Below are positions 44,788 through 53,017 of a stretch of DNA of 53,017 nucleotides, one piece after another. Source of the stretch: a bacterium (GTDB taxonomy: Bacteria; Auribacterota; UBA3054); NCBI GenBank assembly GCA_017649705.1, contig JAGCGH010000032.1, positions 1-53,017 on the forward strand, read 5' to 3'. Below the pieces are notes generated by a model. The model was given only the letters and a program-made list of their open reading frames with translations, ran no database searches and was not told the origin of the DNA. How positions within the stretch are numbered: the first letter of the stretch is position 1; each line of letters starts with the position of its first letter. The translations under genes were made by a program, and so were the position numbers.

Positions 44788-46717
44788 GAAAAAACTTTGC
44801 TGGTATCTGTACCGGTTCTCCAAAATGTCATTGAAGGAGATCGCCTGGAGGCTGGACTGCCTCGTCAACCAGCCCGACCTCAGGAAAATGCCCGAGGTCT
44901 CGCTGGAGCTGGCGAAAAAGCAGCTGGAGCAGGAGCTTTCGCCCCTGGGCTTCCGCATAAGGAACGATTTCAAAGCTGCGCCGGAAGCGGAAAAGAAACT
45001 TTTGGAAAAAGCGGAGAGGATACTGCGCCACGAATTCGACTTCTTTTCTGAGAGCGTGAAGCTGGAGGGGACGATCTCCTGGCTCAGGGATCCCCTAAAC
45101 GGCGCCGAGACGCCCAGGAAGGATTTCCTGGAAATAAACTACCGCGACCTCAAGAGCGACGCGTCGGTCATGCGCGTCTGGTTCCTCAACCGCCACACGC
45201 ACCTGGTGACGTTGTCCCAGGCTTACGCCGTGAGCGGCCGGGAGGAGTTCGCGGAGGAGATAGCGGAGGAGCTGGACGGCTGGCAGAAGGAGTGCCATTA
45301 TCCCTACGGGCTGCCCTGGGCGACCGCCATGGAAGCCGCCATGCGGCTTTTGTCCTGGACTTTCGTTTACCGCTTCCTTTCGCAGAATAGGCCGAAGTGC
45401 CTGAACGAGCGCTTCGCCGTCTACTTTTTCACCGCGGTGAAGCAGCATTACGCTTACGTGAAATTCAACCGCTCCCGCTACAGCAGCGCCAACAACCACG
45501 CCCTGGCGGAACTGGCGGCCCTTCTGTGCGCCAGGGAGACCTGGCCCCTTCTTTTCGAGGATGAAAAGGACGACTTGTCCAAGGAGCTGGCGGACGAGGC
45601 GGCCTCTCAATTCGCCCCTTCGGGAGTCAACCTGGAGCAGGCCCTTTCTTACCACGCCTTCAGCCTGGAGCTTCTCTGCGCCGCGGCCTCCCAGTCCCGG
45701 GAACTTCTCGCCAAGATCTCGGAGCTTTTGGGGAAAGCGGCGGCTTTTTTGGACCGCGCCCGGGAAATTATGCCCCTTTGCGGGGAATACGGCGACAGCG
45801 ACGAGGCGGTGGCGACGGGAATATTGTCAAGAAGCGATGATTATTACAAAGAGGTGGCGAGCCTGGCCCGCGCGCTGTCCGATCCCAGCCCCAGGGAGGA
45901 GGCGGTCATAGGCGAGGATTTCCAATGGTACACCGGCGCCTGGAGCGAGAGCGAACCGCCCTCGGCGACGCTCGATCTTTCCAAGGAGTGCGGACTCTTT
46001 TGGAAAGGGAAGACCGGGGAAGGGCTCGAAGTTTCGTTTTTCTTCAAGACCGGGCCTCTGGGCTTGGGGAAACTGGCGGCCCACGGACACGCGGACGCCC
46101 TCTCCTTTATTATGAGCGTCAACGGAACGCCGGTCTTCATCGACAGCGGCACCGGATGCTATCATCAGAGCAGGAAATGGCGGGAATACTTCCGCTCCAC
46201 CGCGGCCCACAACGCCCTGGAGGCCAACGACCAGAGCCAGAGCATGAGCCTGGGTCCTTTCATGTGGCGGGAAAATTACCGCACGGAAACGGAGAACGCC
46301 AGAATGGACGAAGAGGGCTTCTCCTTTTCCGCCCGCCATTACGGCTACAAGAAACGGTTCAGCCTGACGCATCGCAGGATGTTTGAAATGGACGCCCCCA
46401 AAGGCTTGCTGCAGATGAAGGACGTGCTTTTGGGCTGCGACAACGTGCATATAAAGCAGTATTTCCACGTTTCGCCTTTGTGCGAAGCGGCCCAGACCGG
46501 CAACAAGACTTTCCTGGTAAAAGGCCCGGACTTTAAAATAGAGCTTTCCTTCATGGACGTCATGAGCGCCAGGATGGTCATGGGGGACGAAAAGAAGCCC
46601 CTGGGATTTGCCGCGGCGCACCTGGGGAAATGGACGCCCTGTCCGGTCATCGTGACGGAATCCAACTGCATCGGCCAGGACGAGCTCATAAGCCTTATCA
46701 AAATAACCCCGCTTTGA
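44780..46717 (+). CDS. heparinase II/III-family (alginate-lyase-like) protein
   Basis: WFLNRH, SSANNH, GDSD, AAHGHADALSF, IDSGTGCY, RSTAAHN. Confidence 0.85.
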   Translation: MDKKKLCWYLYRFSKMSLKEIAWRLDCLVNQPDLRKMPEVSLELAKKQLEQELSPLGFRIRNDFKAAPEAEKKLLEKAERILRHEFDFFSESVKLEGTISWLRDPLNGAETPRKDFLEINYRDLKSDASVMRVWFLNRHTHLVTLSQAYAVSGREEFAEEIAEELDGWQKECHYPYGLPWATAMEAAMRLLSWTFVYRFLSQNRPKCLNERFAVYFFTAVKQHYAYVKFNRSRYSSANNHALAELAALLCARETWPLLFEDEKDDLSKELADEAASQFAPSGVNLEQALSYHAFSLELLCAAASQSRELLAKISELLGKAAAFLDRAREIMPLCGEYGDSDEAVATGILSRSDDYYKEVASLARALSDPSPREEAVIGEDFQWYTGAWSESEPPSATLDLSKECGLFWKGKTGEGLEVSFFFKTGPLGLGKLAAHGHADALSFIMSVNGTPVFIDSGTGCYHQSRKWREYFRSTAAHNALEANDQSQSMSLGPFMWRENYRTETENARMDEEGFSFSARHYGYKKRFSLTHRRMFEMDAPKGLLQMKDVLLGCDNVHIKQYFHVSPLCEAAQTGNKTFLVKGPDFKIELSFMDVMSARMVMGDEKKPLGFAAAHLGKWTPCPVIVTESNCIGQDELISLIKITPL

Positions 46718-46722
46718 AAGCA

Positions 46723-47907
46723 ATGCCCACCCACGTCCTAATAATCGTGGAAAACCTTCCCGTGCCCAGGGACTACAGAGTCTGGCTTATCGCCACCACT
46801 CTGAAAAGCAAAGGGTATGAGGTGACGGTCGTTTCGCCTTCCGACGACAGGGCGCCCAAGGGCGTCTACCGCAAGGATGGCGTTCTAATGATAAGGCACA
46901 AGCTTTACCAGGCCAAAAGCTGGCTTGGTTACGCCAGGGAATACGCGGAGGCCCTTCTGAGGGAACGGGCGATAATCAAAAAGATCTACGCGAAGAAACC
47001 TTTCCAGGTCATGCACGTCTGCGATCCGCCGGACCTTCTCTACCTTCTGGCCAAGCCTTATAAGAAGAAAGGCGTGAAGCTCGTTTTCGACCATCACGAT
47101 CTTTCCCCGGAACTGATACTGGCCAAAAGGAACGTCACTTCCTACGCAGAGCTAGGTTTCCTTTTCAAGGTCATGTACAAACTGCTTCTCCGCTTTGAAA
47201 GCAAGTCCGTTAAAAGCGCCGACATCGTTCTCACCACGAACGCGTCTTACCAAAACATAGAATTAGCGAGGGACGGCCTCGTCCCGGGAAAAAGTTTCGT
47301 CGTGCGCTCGGGACTGAGAAGGGAAGAGCTTATCCAAAACAGGGAAGCCGCCTGTTCAAACGTTCCAAGGCTCGTTTACATCGGAGTGATGGCGCGCCAG
47401 GACGGCGTCGACATTCTTTTGAAAGCGCTGGCGATCGTAAAGGAAAAACAAATGCGTGTCTCGCTTAAACTTCTGGGCGACGGCCCGGAGTTCGAGAATC
47501 TGAAAGCGCTGGCGAAAAAACTGAACATAGAAAGCGAAACGGAATTCTTGGGTTTCGTTCAGAAAGCGAAAGCGAAAGAAATACTATTGGCAAGCGACAT
47601 CGGCATAACCCCCGATCCCAAGACGCCGATGAACGACAACTCCACTATGCTGAAGACGCTGGACTACATGGCGGCGGGATTGCCGCAGGTGCTCTTCGAT
47701 CTGAAAGAGCACCGCGCCACTTGCAAAGACGCCGCGTATTATGTTGAACCGAGCAGTCCCGAAGCGCTGGCGGAAGGAATAATTACGCTTAGCAATTCTC
47801 CCGAACTTAGAGACGCTTTAAGCCAAAGATCTTTGGCGAGAAGCTGGGAATTGGCCTGGGAAGGGGACGGGGAGCCCCGTTTGTTGGAAGCCTATTCTAA
47901 GGCTTAA
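46723..47907 (+). CDS. GT4-family glycosyltransferase
   Basis: IIVENLPVPRD.RVW, VFDHHDLSPE, YIGVMARQDG, KTLDYMAAGLP. Confidence 0.9.
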   Translation: MPTHVLIIVENLPVPRDYRVWLIATTLKSKGYEVTVVSPSDDRAPKGVYRKDGVLMIRHKLYQAKSWLGYAREYAEALLRERAIIKKIYAKKPFQVMHVCDPPDLLYLLAKPYKKKGVKLVFDHHDLSPELILAKRNVTSYAELGFLFKVMYKLLLRFESKSVKSADIVLTTNASYQNIELARDGLVPGKSFVVRSGLRREELIQNREAACSNVPRLVYIGVMARQDGVDILLKALAIVKEKQMRVSLKLLGDGPEFENLKALAKKLNIESETEFLGFVQKAKAKEILLASDIGITPDPKTPMNDNSTMLKTLDYMAAGLPQVLFDLKEHRATCKDAAYYVEPSSPEALAEGIITLSNSPELRDALSQRSLARSWELAWEGDGEPRLLEAYSKA

Positions 47908-47921
47908 CATTCTTTAACTAA

Positions 47922-48004
47922 ATTATTTACGTTATAAAACCCGCGGCCTATTGTTTACCATAAAACAGTTGACTTGTAAATTGTTTACTAGTTTATGATA
48001 TAAT
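47922..48004 (+). promoter_or_regulatory. three ATTRTTTAC direct repeats plus extended -10 promoter
   Basis: ATTATTTAC 47922, ATTGTTTAC 47950, ATTGTTTAC 47980; TGATATAAT 47996-48004. Confidence 0.55.
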
Positions 48005-48050
48005 GGTGGTGAACAAAATGAAAACGTCTAAAACCCAAAAGGAGGATGTT

Positions 48051-48251
48051 ATGAAAAAAAGTCAAATGATCGTTATCGCTTCCGCTCTCATAGCGTTCGT
48101 CGCGCTGACTTTCTTCACCTACAACGTGATCAGAGCGCTGTCTTCCGTCAGCCCGGATCCGCACTGCGGCATCAAGTACACGAAGTTCAACGCCGACACC
48201 CAGGTCTCCGGCGCCTTCGCGCTGAACTACATCATCAGCAAGTCCCGCTGA
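48051..48251 (+). CDS. small membrane/secreted protein, 66 aa
   Basis: RBS AAGGAGG, N-terminal hydrophobic helix, C-ending codon bias, own promoter and terminator. Confidence 0.75.
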   Translation: MKKSQMIVIASALIAFVALTFFTYNVIRALSSVSPDPHCGIKYTKFNADTQVSGAFALNYIISKSR

Positions 48252-48321
48252 AGCGTTCCCTCTTCGCACTCTATATATATAGGAACGCAGATCTGGGAAG
48301 ATCAAAACAATGTTTAAACAG

Positions 48322-48399
48322 GAGGCCGCGGGCATGAGGTGAACCCCAAAACTTGGACAAAGATTTGGGGTTCACATCAGCAGCGCGGCCTCTTTTTTT
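48322..48399 (+). terminator. Rho-independent terminator interrupted by mini-IS
   Basis: GAGGCCGCG (48322-48330) pairs with CGCGGCCTC (48384-48392), followed by T7. Confidence 0.8.
48335..48379. mobile_element. 45-bp IS3-family-like miniature element/footprint
   Basis: TG..CA ends, 16-bp IRs TGAGGTGAACCCCAAA / TGATGTGAACCCCAAA (1 mismatch), flanked by GCA direct repeat. Confidence 0.7.
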
Positions 48400-48491
48400 A
48401 TAGAGGCTCCGGGGGAGGAAAAGCGGGGGAGATCTTTAAAAAGGCGCTTGCTAATTAGAAATTATGCTAGTCAAGGGGGTGCGGGGAAAAG

Positions 48492-48500
48492 TTATCCACA
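48492..48500 (+). promoter_or_regulatory. perfect DnaA box
   Basis: TTATCCACA in intergenic DNA. Confidence 0.4.
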
Positions 48501-48583
48501 ACCCGGAAGGGGGCTCTTACTATGCCTAAATGGCTAAAAACAAAATATTTATATTTTAACAGGGGCTTCCGCGGACCAATGCG

Positions 48584-48612
48584 TTGTTTTGATCCCTTGA
48601 TTTTGGTAAAAT
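48584..48612 (+). promoter_or_regulatory. promoter of giant surface protein gene
   Basis: TTGTTT-17 bp-TAAAAT with TG extension. Confidence 0.6.
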
Positions 48613-48742
48613 GAACACGATGGACATCTAGCCGAAATTATAAACCGGCTGGATGCCCTATCGAGACCGCACCCAATTTTTTTATTAACGGGATTATTCC
48701 AAAAAGTAATTCCAAACCTTTAACCAAAATAAAGAGGAAAGC

Positions 48743-51700
48743 ATGAAAAAATTCCTTTGTCTGGCGCTAATGCTTGCGTTAGCGTCCTACGTGTGGGCCG
48801 ACGCTCCGGCGAACGACAACGTCGCTGACGCCGCCGCTTACACGATCGGAACGGCTGTTACCGGCACCACGACTGAGGCTACGCTCGAAGCGGGCGAGTC
48901 TGACAAGATCGGCGAAGGCTGGGTCAACTCCGTTTGGTACAAATTCAACCTCGGCACGTCTTTCCAGCAGAAAGTCACGCTCGACATCAAAGCCACCGAA
49001 GGCAGCTCTCAGGACACCTGTCTTGTGATCGGCACCGGCACGAGCCTTGACGACATGGAGATCATCGTCGCCCAGGACACCAGCGTTGACGAGCACTATT
49101 CCGCCACCTTCGACGGTGACAAGGACTACTTCATCGGCATCTACGGCTGGAACGCCGATTCTTGCGGCGAGTTCTCCCTCACCAGTTCCAGCGTGCCCAT
49201 CAAGAGCTGGTACGCCTCTCCTGACGGCACCGGTTCCGGCGACAGCGCCGAAGATCCCTGCGATCTGAAGACCGCTTTCGCCAACGTGGCCGGCGGCAAT
49301 GCCGTTTACATGGCTCCGGGCACCTACGTCCTCTCCGAAGTTGGCGAAGCCGCCAATGTCCGCTGGACCGACGGTACCTTCCTGCTCCTCCAGACCGCTG
49401 GCGTCTCCGTCATCGGCGCTGGCAGCGACCAGACCATCATTCTGTGCGACCAGACGAATGACGTCGGCGTGGCCATCCTGGCCGCGGACATCACCTTCAA
49501 GGGCATCCAGATCCAGCATCCGATGGACATCAAGGGCAACGACTCCTGGGGCGGTGCTTTCTACGGCCTCACGGCTGCTCTGACCACCGTTGACGCGACC
49601 GGCCTCCACCTGGAAGACGTCTACGTTTACGTCGGCAGCGAAGGCGGCGTCACTGACGTCGACAGCGGCCAGCTCATTCGTCCCGCCTGCATCCAGACCA
49701 AGTGCGACAGCACGGTCACTGTGGAAGACTGCGCGTTCATCTCTTACGGCCTTTTGACCTCCTGCCAGATCAAGCCCTTCACTTGGGACGCTGCCGCGGA
49801 AGGCGACAAGACCGTGCACTTCAACTTCAGCCGCTGCACCTTCAGGAGCAACTACGACGTTATCCATGAAACGAGGCCTGATCAGATCGACCACAACAGC
49901 GCCATTTTCGGCAACGTTTGGTACAGCAACGTCGACACCGAAGTCAAGGTCGACAACTGCATCTTCCTGAACACCAAGTACCCCGTTGGCGAACAGGCCA
50001 ACGACGACGAAAGACAGTGGAGATTCACTGTCAAGAGATGCTTCATGCCCGAAGCTGACCTTGAAAGACAGACCCGCGCGGCCGTCGACTACGTCGAGTG
50101 CGACACTGTGATGGATCCTCAGGTCGAGACCGTCGGCTGGACCAGCTCCCTGGTCAAGGCCGGCAAAGGCTGCGTCATCCCGCAGTCTGTCATGGCCACG
50201 ATCGTTGATGAAGACTTCTCCTCTTATCCGGAAGGCGACATCAAGGGTCAGTACGGCTGGTCCGACGGCTACGGCAGCGACTACACAATCCAGGCTGTCA
50301 AAGACGGTGACAACACCTACGTCGAGATCCACTCCGCCGGCCTCACCGGCACCCACTACAATTTCGACAACCCCATCGCCACCGGTTGGGCCGAAGGCTC
50401 AGGCAACCCCTACCGCGCCTGGAAGTATTCTGCCAGGATGAAATTCACGGAAGTCGGCGGCGGCAACCCCTGGATCGGCTTCTGGGATCCGCAGTGCGTG
50501 GAAAGCCAGTTCGTCAAAGACGCTTCCGGCACCTTCCTGCAGTTCCGTCCGGATGGCGGATACACTGATTCTCAGCTCCGCATCCCCATCGGCGAATGGG
50601 TTGACTTCAGCATGACCGTCAGCGCCAACGCGGTCAACAAGAAACACAACGTTCTTTCCATCAGCGTCGACGGCGTTGAGGAAGAGATCAACTTCCCCGC
50701 CGGCCAGGAAAACGACACGGATATCTTCAAGACCTTCCGTTACTTCTTCTGGAGCGCCGGCACCACGCTGCAGCTCGACGCCATCAAGCTCGAGTACCTC
50801 TGCGACGGCCCGGCCAACGACTATCTCTCCCGCGCCACGACCGTCACTATCGGCGAAACCGTCTACGGCAACAACGAGTATGCCCGCGTGGAATCCGGCG
50901 AAAGCACGGATCAGATCAACTCCATTTGGTACACCTTCGAGGCCACTGACAACAGCGGCGTCGCGCTCAGCACCGAAGGCACTTGGGACGAGTTCAGCAA
51001 CGACACCATGATCGCTGTCTACTCCTCCATGGTCTCTAATCCGGCCTTCGAAGACCTGGATGAAGTCGTTCCTCTGACCGACACCGGCAGAGACGAGTCC
51101 TGCAAGTTCCAGAAGGAAGAAGGCAAGTACTATTTCGTAATGGTCGGCTCCTTCATCAAGAACGAAGCTCAGGCTGGCGGCATCAAGCTGACCACTGAAG
51201 ACGTCTACATTGGCGACCTCTACGTCGCTCCGGGAGCCACCGGCACCGGTCATTCCGAAGATGATCCTATGGGCAGCATCTCTGATGCTATGGCGCAGGT
51301 CTCTCCGGGCTTCTCTGTCAAGCTCGCTGCCGGCGAATACTCTATCGCCGACAACTACAACCAGACCGATGTCTGGGGCGCCGGCATGACCGTTCTGTGC
51401 TTCCAGGCTGAGAACGTCACCCTGCAGGGCGCTGGCCCTGACAAGACCACCATCGTGGTTCCCGCCGGCTACGTCGGCATCCGCATGGAGAAGAACGGCG
51501 CGTCCGTCCGCGACCTGACCGTCAAGGCCTACCGCACCGACAACATGCCGTACCACTACAACTGGCATATGCAGGGCGCCATCTGCGCCTGCAACTGCTC
51601 CGGCATGAGCGTCAGCAACGTCGCCATCTACTCCGAACAGAAGACCAACGAGATCCGTCCGTTCGCTATTTACAGCGTCACGAACTTCAAAGTTGACAGA

Positions 51701-53017
51701 GTGGCTGTCGAGGCTCCTGAGTGCTGCAGCCCTGTCTTCTTCGACAAGGTTCTCAACGTCTCGGTCAACTACCTGACCTCTTACGGCTGCAAGCTGAACG
51801 ACAACCCGGGCATCTACTGCGGCAACTGGCCGTGGGGCGTCAACGAAGGCCTGACCTTCAGGAACATCCTCGTTGCCAACGCTTACATGCCGTTCACGGT
51901 TGAGATCGATGAAGAAGTCTTCATCTATGACTCCATCTACTACGATTGCCCGAACGACAGCAACTTCAACGAAGACGCTGACGTCGTCGAAGAAGGCTGC
52001 GTGTCCTACGAAGCCGGCGTCAATGATCCTGGCTTCGAGACTCTCGACGGCTACATCCTGACCGCCACCAGCGCCATCTACAAGAACGCCGGTTGGCGCA
52101 CCGTCTCCGGCCCCGTGAACGACAACCTGGCTGACGCCATCGCTGTCGGCGAAGGCACCACTGAAGGCGACAACGTCAGAGCTACCGTGGAAGAAGGCGA
52201 GAACGAAGCTCACAAAGCTACCGTTTGGTACACCTTCACCCCGTCCGAAGACGGCGTCTATCTGATCGACGACTTCGGTTCCGGCGAACTTTCCGGCTAC
52301 GATGCCATGCTCTCCATCTACACTGTGGACGGCGAGGAAGTTTCCTTCGCCACCTTGGTTGCGGTCGTTGAGACGCAGGACACCGGCGTCGACGAGTCCT
52401 ACGAACTGAGAGCCACCGCCGGCACGACCTACTACATCTGCTGGGACGGCTACGACGCTTCTCAGGGCGAATTCACCATGCACATCACCAAGAAGTACGA
52501 AGGTCCTTGGTACATCGCTCCGGGCGCCACTGGCTCCGGTCAGAGTGCCGATGATCCTAGCGGCGACTTGGTCAAGGCTATGGAAGAAGTCGTTTCCGGC
52601 CAGACCATTAACCTGGCTGCCGGCGAATACTCCATCGCTGACTACAACAACCAGTACGACATCTGGGGCGCCGGCATGACCGCTCTGTGCTTCAAGGTCA
52701 CTGACGTCACCCTGAAGGGCGCTGGCCCCGACAAGACCACCATCGTGGTTCCTGCCGGCTACGTTGGCATCCGTATGGAACGCGACGGCGCTTCCGTCCA
52801 GGATCTGACCGTCAAGGCCTATCGTCCCGAAAACATGCCCTACCACTACAACTGGCATATGCAGGGCGCCATCTGCGCTTGCAACTGCGAAGGCATGAGC
52901 ATCAAGAACGTCGCTATCTACAGCGAACAGAAGACCGGCGAAATTCGTCCGTTCTCCGCTTACAGCGTTACCGGCCTGACTGTTGAAAGACTGGGCGTCG
53001 AGGCTCCTTACTGCGCC
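48743..53017 (+). CDS. giant secreted modular protein (PPC-like + right-handed beta-helix repeats, LamG-like), 3' partial, more than 1425 aa
   Basis: MKKFLCLALMLALASYVWA signal peptide, RBS GAGG, open frame to the window end; three PANDN..VWYxF modules each followed by Y(V/I/A)xPxxTGxG..PGTY/AGEY..GAGxDxT beta-helix starts. Confidence 0.9.
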   Translation, partial: MKKFLCLALMLALASYVWADAPANDNVADAAAYTIGTAVTGTTTEATLEAGESDKIGEGWVNSVWYKFNLGTSFQQKVTLDIKATEGSSQDTCLVIGTGTSLDDMEIIVAQDTSVDEHYSATFDGDKDYFIGIYGWNADSCGEFSLTSSSVPIKSWYASPDGTGSGDSAEDPCDLKTAFANVAGGNAVYMAPGTYVLSEVGEAANVRWTDGTFLLLQTAGVSVIGAGSDQTIILCDQTNDVGVAILAADITFKGIQIQHPMDIKGNDSWGGAFYGLTAALTTVDATGLHLEDVYVYVGSEGGVTDVDSGQLIRPACIQTKCDSTVTVEDCAFISYGLLTSCQIKPFTWDAAAEGDKTVHFNFSRCTFRSNYDVIHETRPDQIDHNSAIFGNVWYSNVDTEVKVDNCIFLNTKYPVGEQANDDERQWRFTVKRCFMPEADLERQTRAAVDYVECDTVMDPQVETVGWTSSLVKAGKGCVIPQSVMATIVDEDFSSYPEGDIKGQYGWSDGYGSDYTIQAVKDGDNTYVEIHSAGLTGTHYNFDNPIATGWAEGSGNPYRAWKYSARMKFTEVGGGNPWIGFWDPQCVESQFVKDASGTFLQFRPDGGYTDSQLRIPIGEWVDFSMTVSANAVNKKHNVLSISVDGVEEEINFPAGQENDTDIFKTFRYFFWSAGTTLQLDAIKLEYLCDGPANDYLSRATTVTIGETVYGNNEYARVESGESTDQINSIWYTFEATDNSGVALSTEGTWDEFSNDTMIAVYSSMVSNPAFEDLDEVVPLTDTGRDESCKFQKEEGKYYFVMVGSFIKNEAQAGGIKLTTEDVYIGDLYVAPGATGTGHSEDDPMGSISDAMAQVSPGFSVKLAAGEYSIADNYNQTDVWGAGMTVLCFQAENVTLQGAGPDKTTIVVPAGYVGIRMEKNGASVRDLTVKAYRTDNMPYHYNWHMQGAICACNCSGMSVSNVAIYSEQKTNEIRPFAIYSVTNFKVDRVAVEAPECCSPVFFDKVLNVSVNYLTSYGCKLNDNPGIYCGNWPWGVNEGLTFRNILVANAYMPFTVEIDEEVFIYDSIYYDCPNDSNFNEDADVVEEGCVSYEAGVNDPGFETLDGYILTATSAIYKNAGWRTVSGPVNDNLADAIAVGEGTTEGDNVRATVEEGENEAHKATVWYTFTPSEDGVYLIDDFGSGELSGYDAMLSIYTVDGEEVSFATLVAVVETQDTGVDESYELRATAGTTYYICWDGYDASQGEFTMHITKKYEGPWYIAPGATGSGQSADDPSGDLVKAMEEVVSGQTINLAAGEYSIADYNNQYDIWGAGMTALCFKVTDVTLKGAGPDKTTIVVPAGYVGIRMERDGASVQDLTVKAYRPENMPYHYNWHMQGAICACNCEGMSIKNVAIYSEQKTGEIRPFSAYSVTGLTVERLGVEAPYCA
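51221..53017 (+). repeat. intragenic duplication, copies 51221-51727 and 52511-53017 (offset 1290 bp)
   Basis: Near-identical DNA, e.g. GACAAGACCACCATCGTGGTT and TACCACTACAACTGGCATATGCAGGGCGCCATCTGCGC in both copies. Confidence 0.92.

Noticed and set aside
48400-48560. oriC candidate (DnaA box plus AT-rich stretch)
   Set aside because: Only one perfect box and no dnaA/dnaN/gidA context.
48779-52858. Long minus-strand ORFs (525 and 819 aa)
   Set aside because: Antisense shadows of the strongly codon-biased plus-strand surface protein; no RBS or recognisable motifs.
51221-53017. DGR template/variable repeat pair
   Set aside because: Both copies are in frame in one CDS, differences are not adenine-restricted, and no reverse transcriptase is in the window.

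Overview
About 53 kb of chromosome from a GC-rich diderm bacterium (has lgt/lnt). Class III RNR suggests anaerobic capacity, and the giant GspK/PilX-like and PPC/beta-helix surface proteins hint at a PVC-type lineage (inference). Mostly housekeeping: rpsA 3' end, tRNA-Asp/Arg/Gly, a sigma54 two-component pair, lgt-lnt, pssA, truB, znuACB, fabF, acyl-CoA ligase, nrdDG, HU, a sugar isomerase with xylB, purA, a pseudouridine synthase, and gmhA plus a small polysaccharide cluster. The standout is an AT-rich, integrase-less 7 kb island (12743-19749). It is bounded by a perfect 43-bp direct repeat encoding the last 14 codons of a NUDIX-HemW fusion gene; the two copies carry different stop codons (TAA vs TGA). 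It holds a four-gene operon of signal-peptide proteins: a phage-fibre-like repeat protein, a PPC-lipase and two Fn3/Ig-repeat proteins. Other notable items are a 45-bp IS3-like mini-element with a 3-bp target duplication inside a terminator loop, a 37-aa lipoprotein co-transcribed with tRNA-Gly, a 1377-aa orphan GspK-like protein, and a modular surface protein of more than 1425 aa that runs off the window end and is missing from the ORF track. All family assignments come from motif recognition by eye; no database searches were run.
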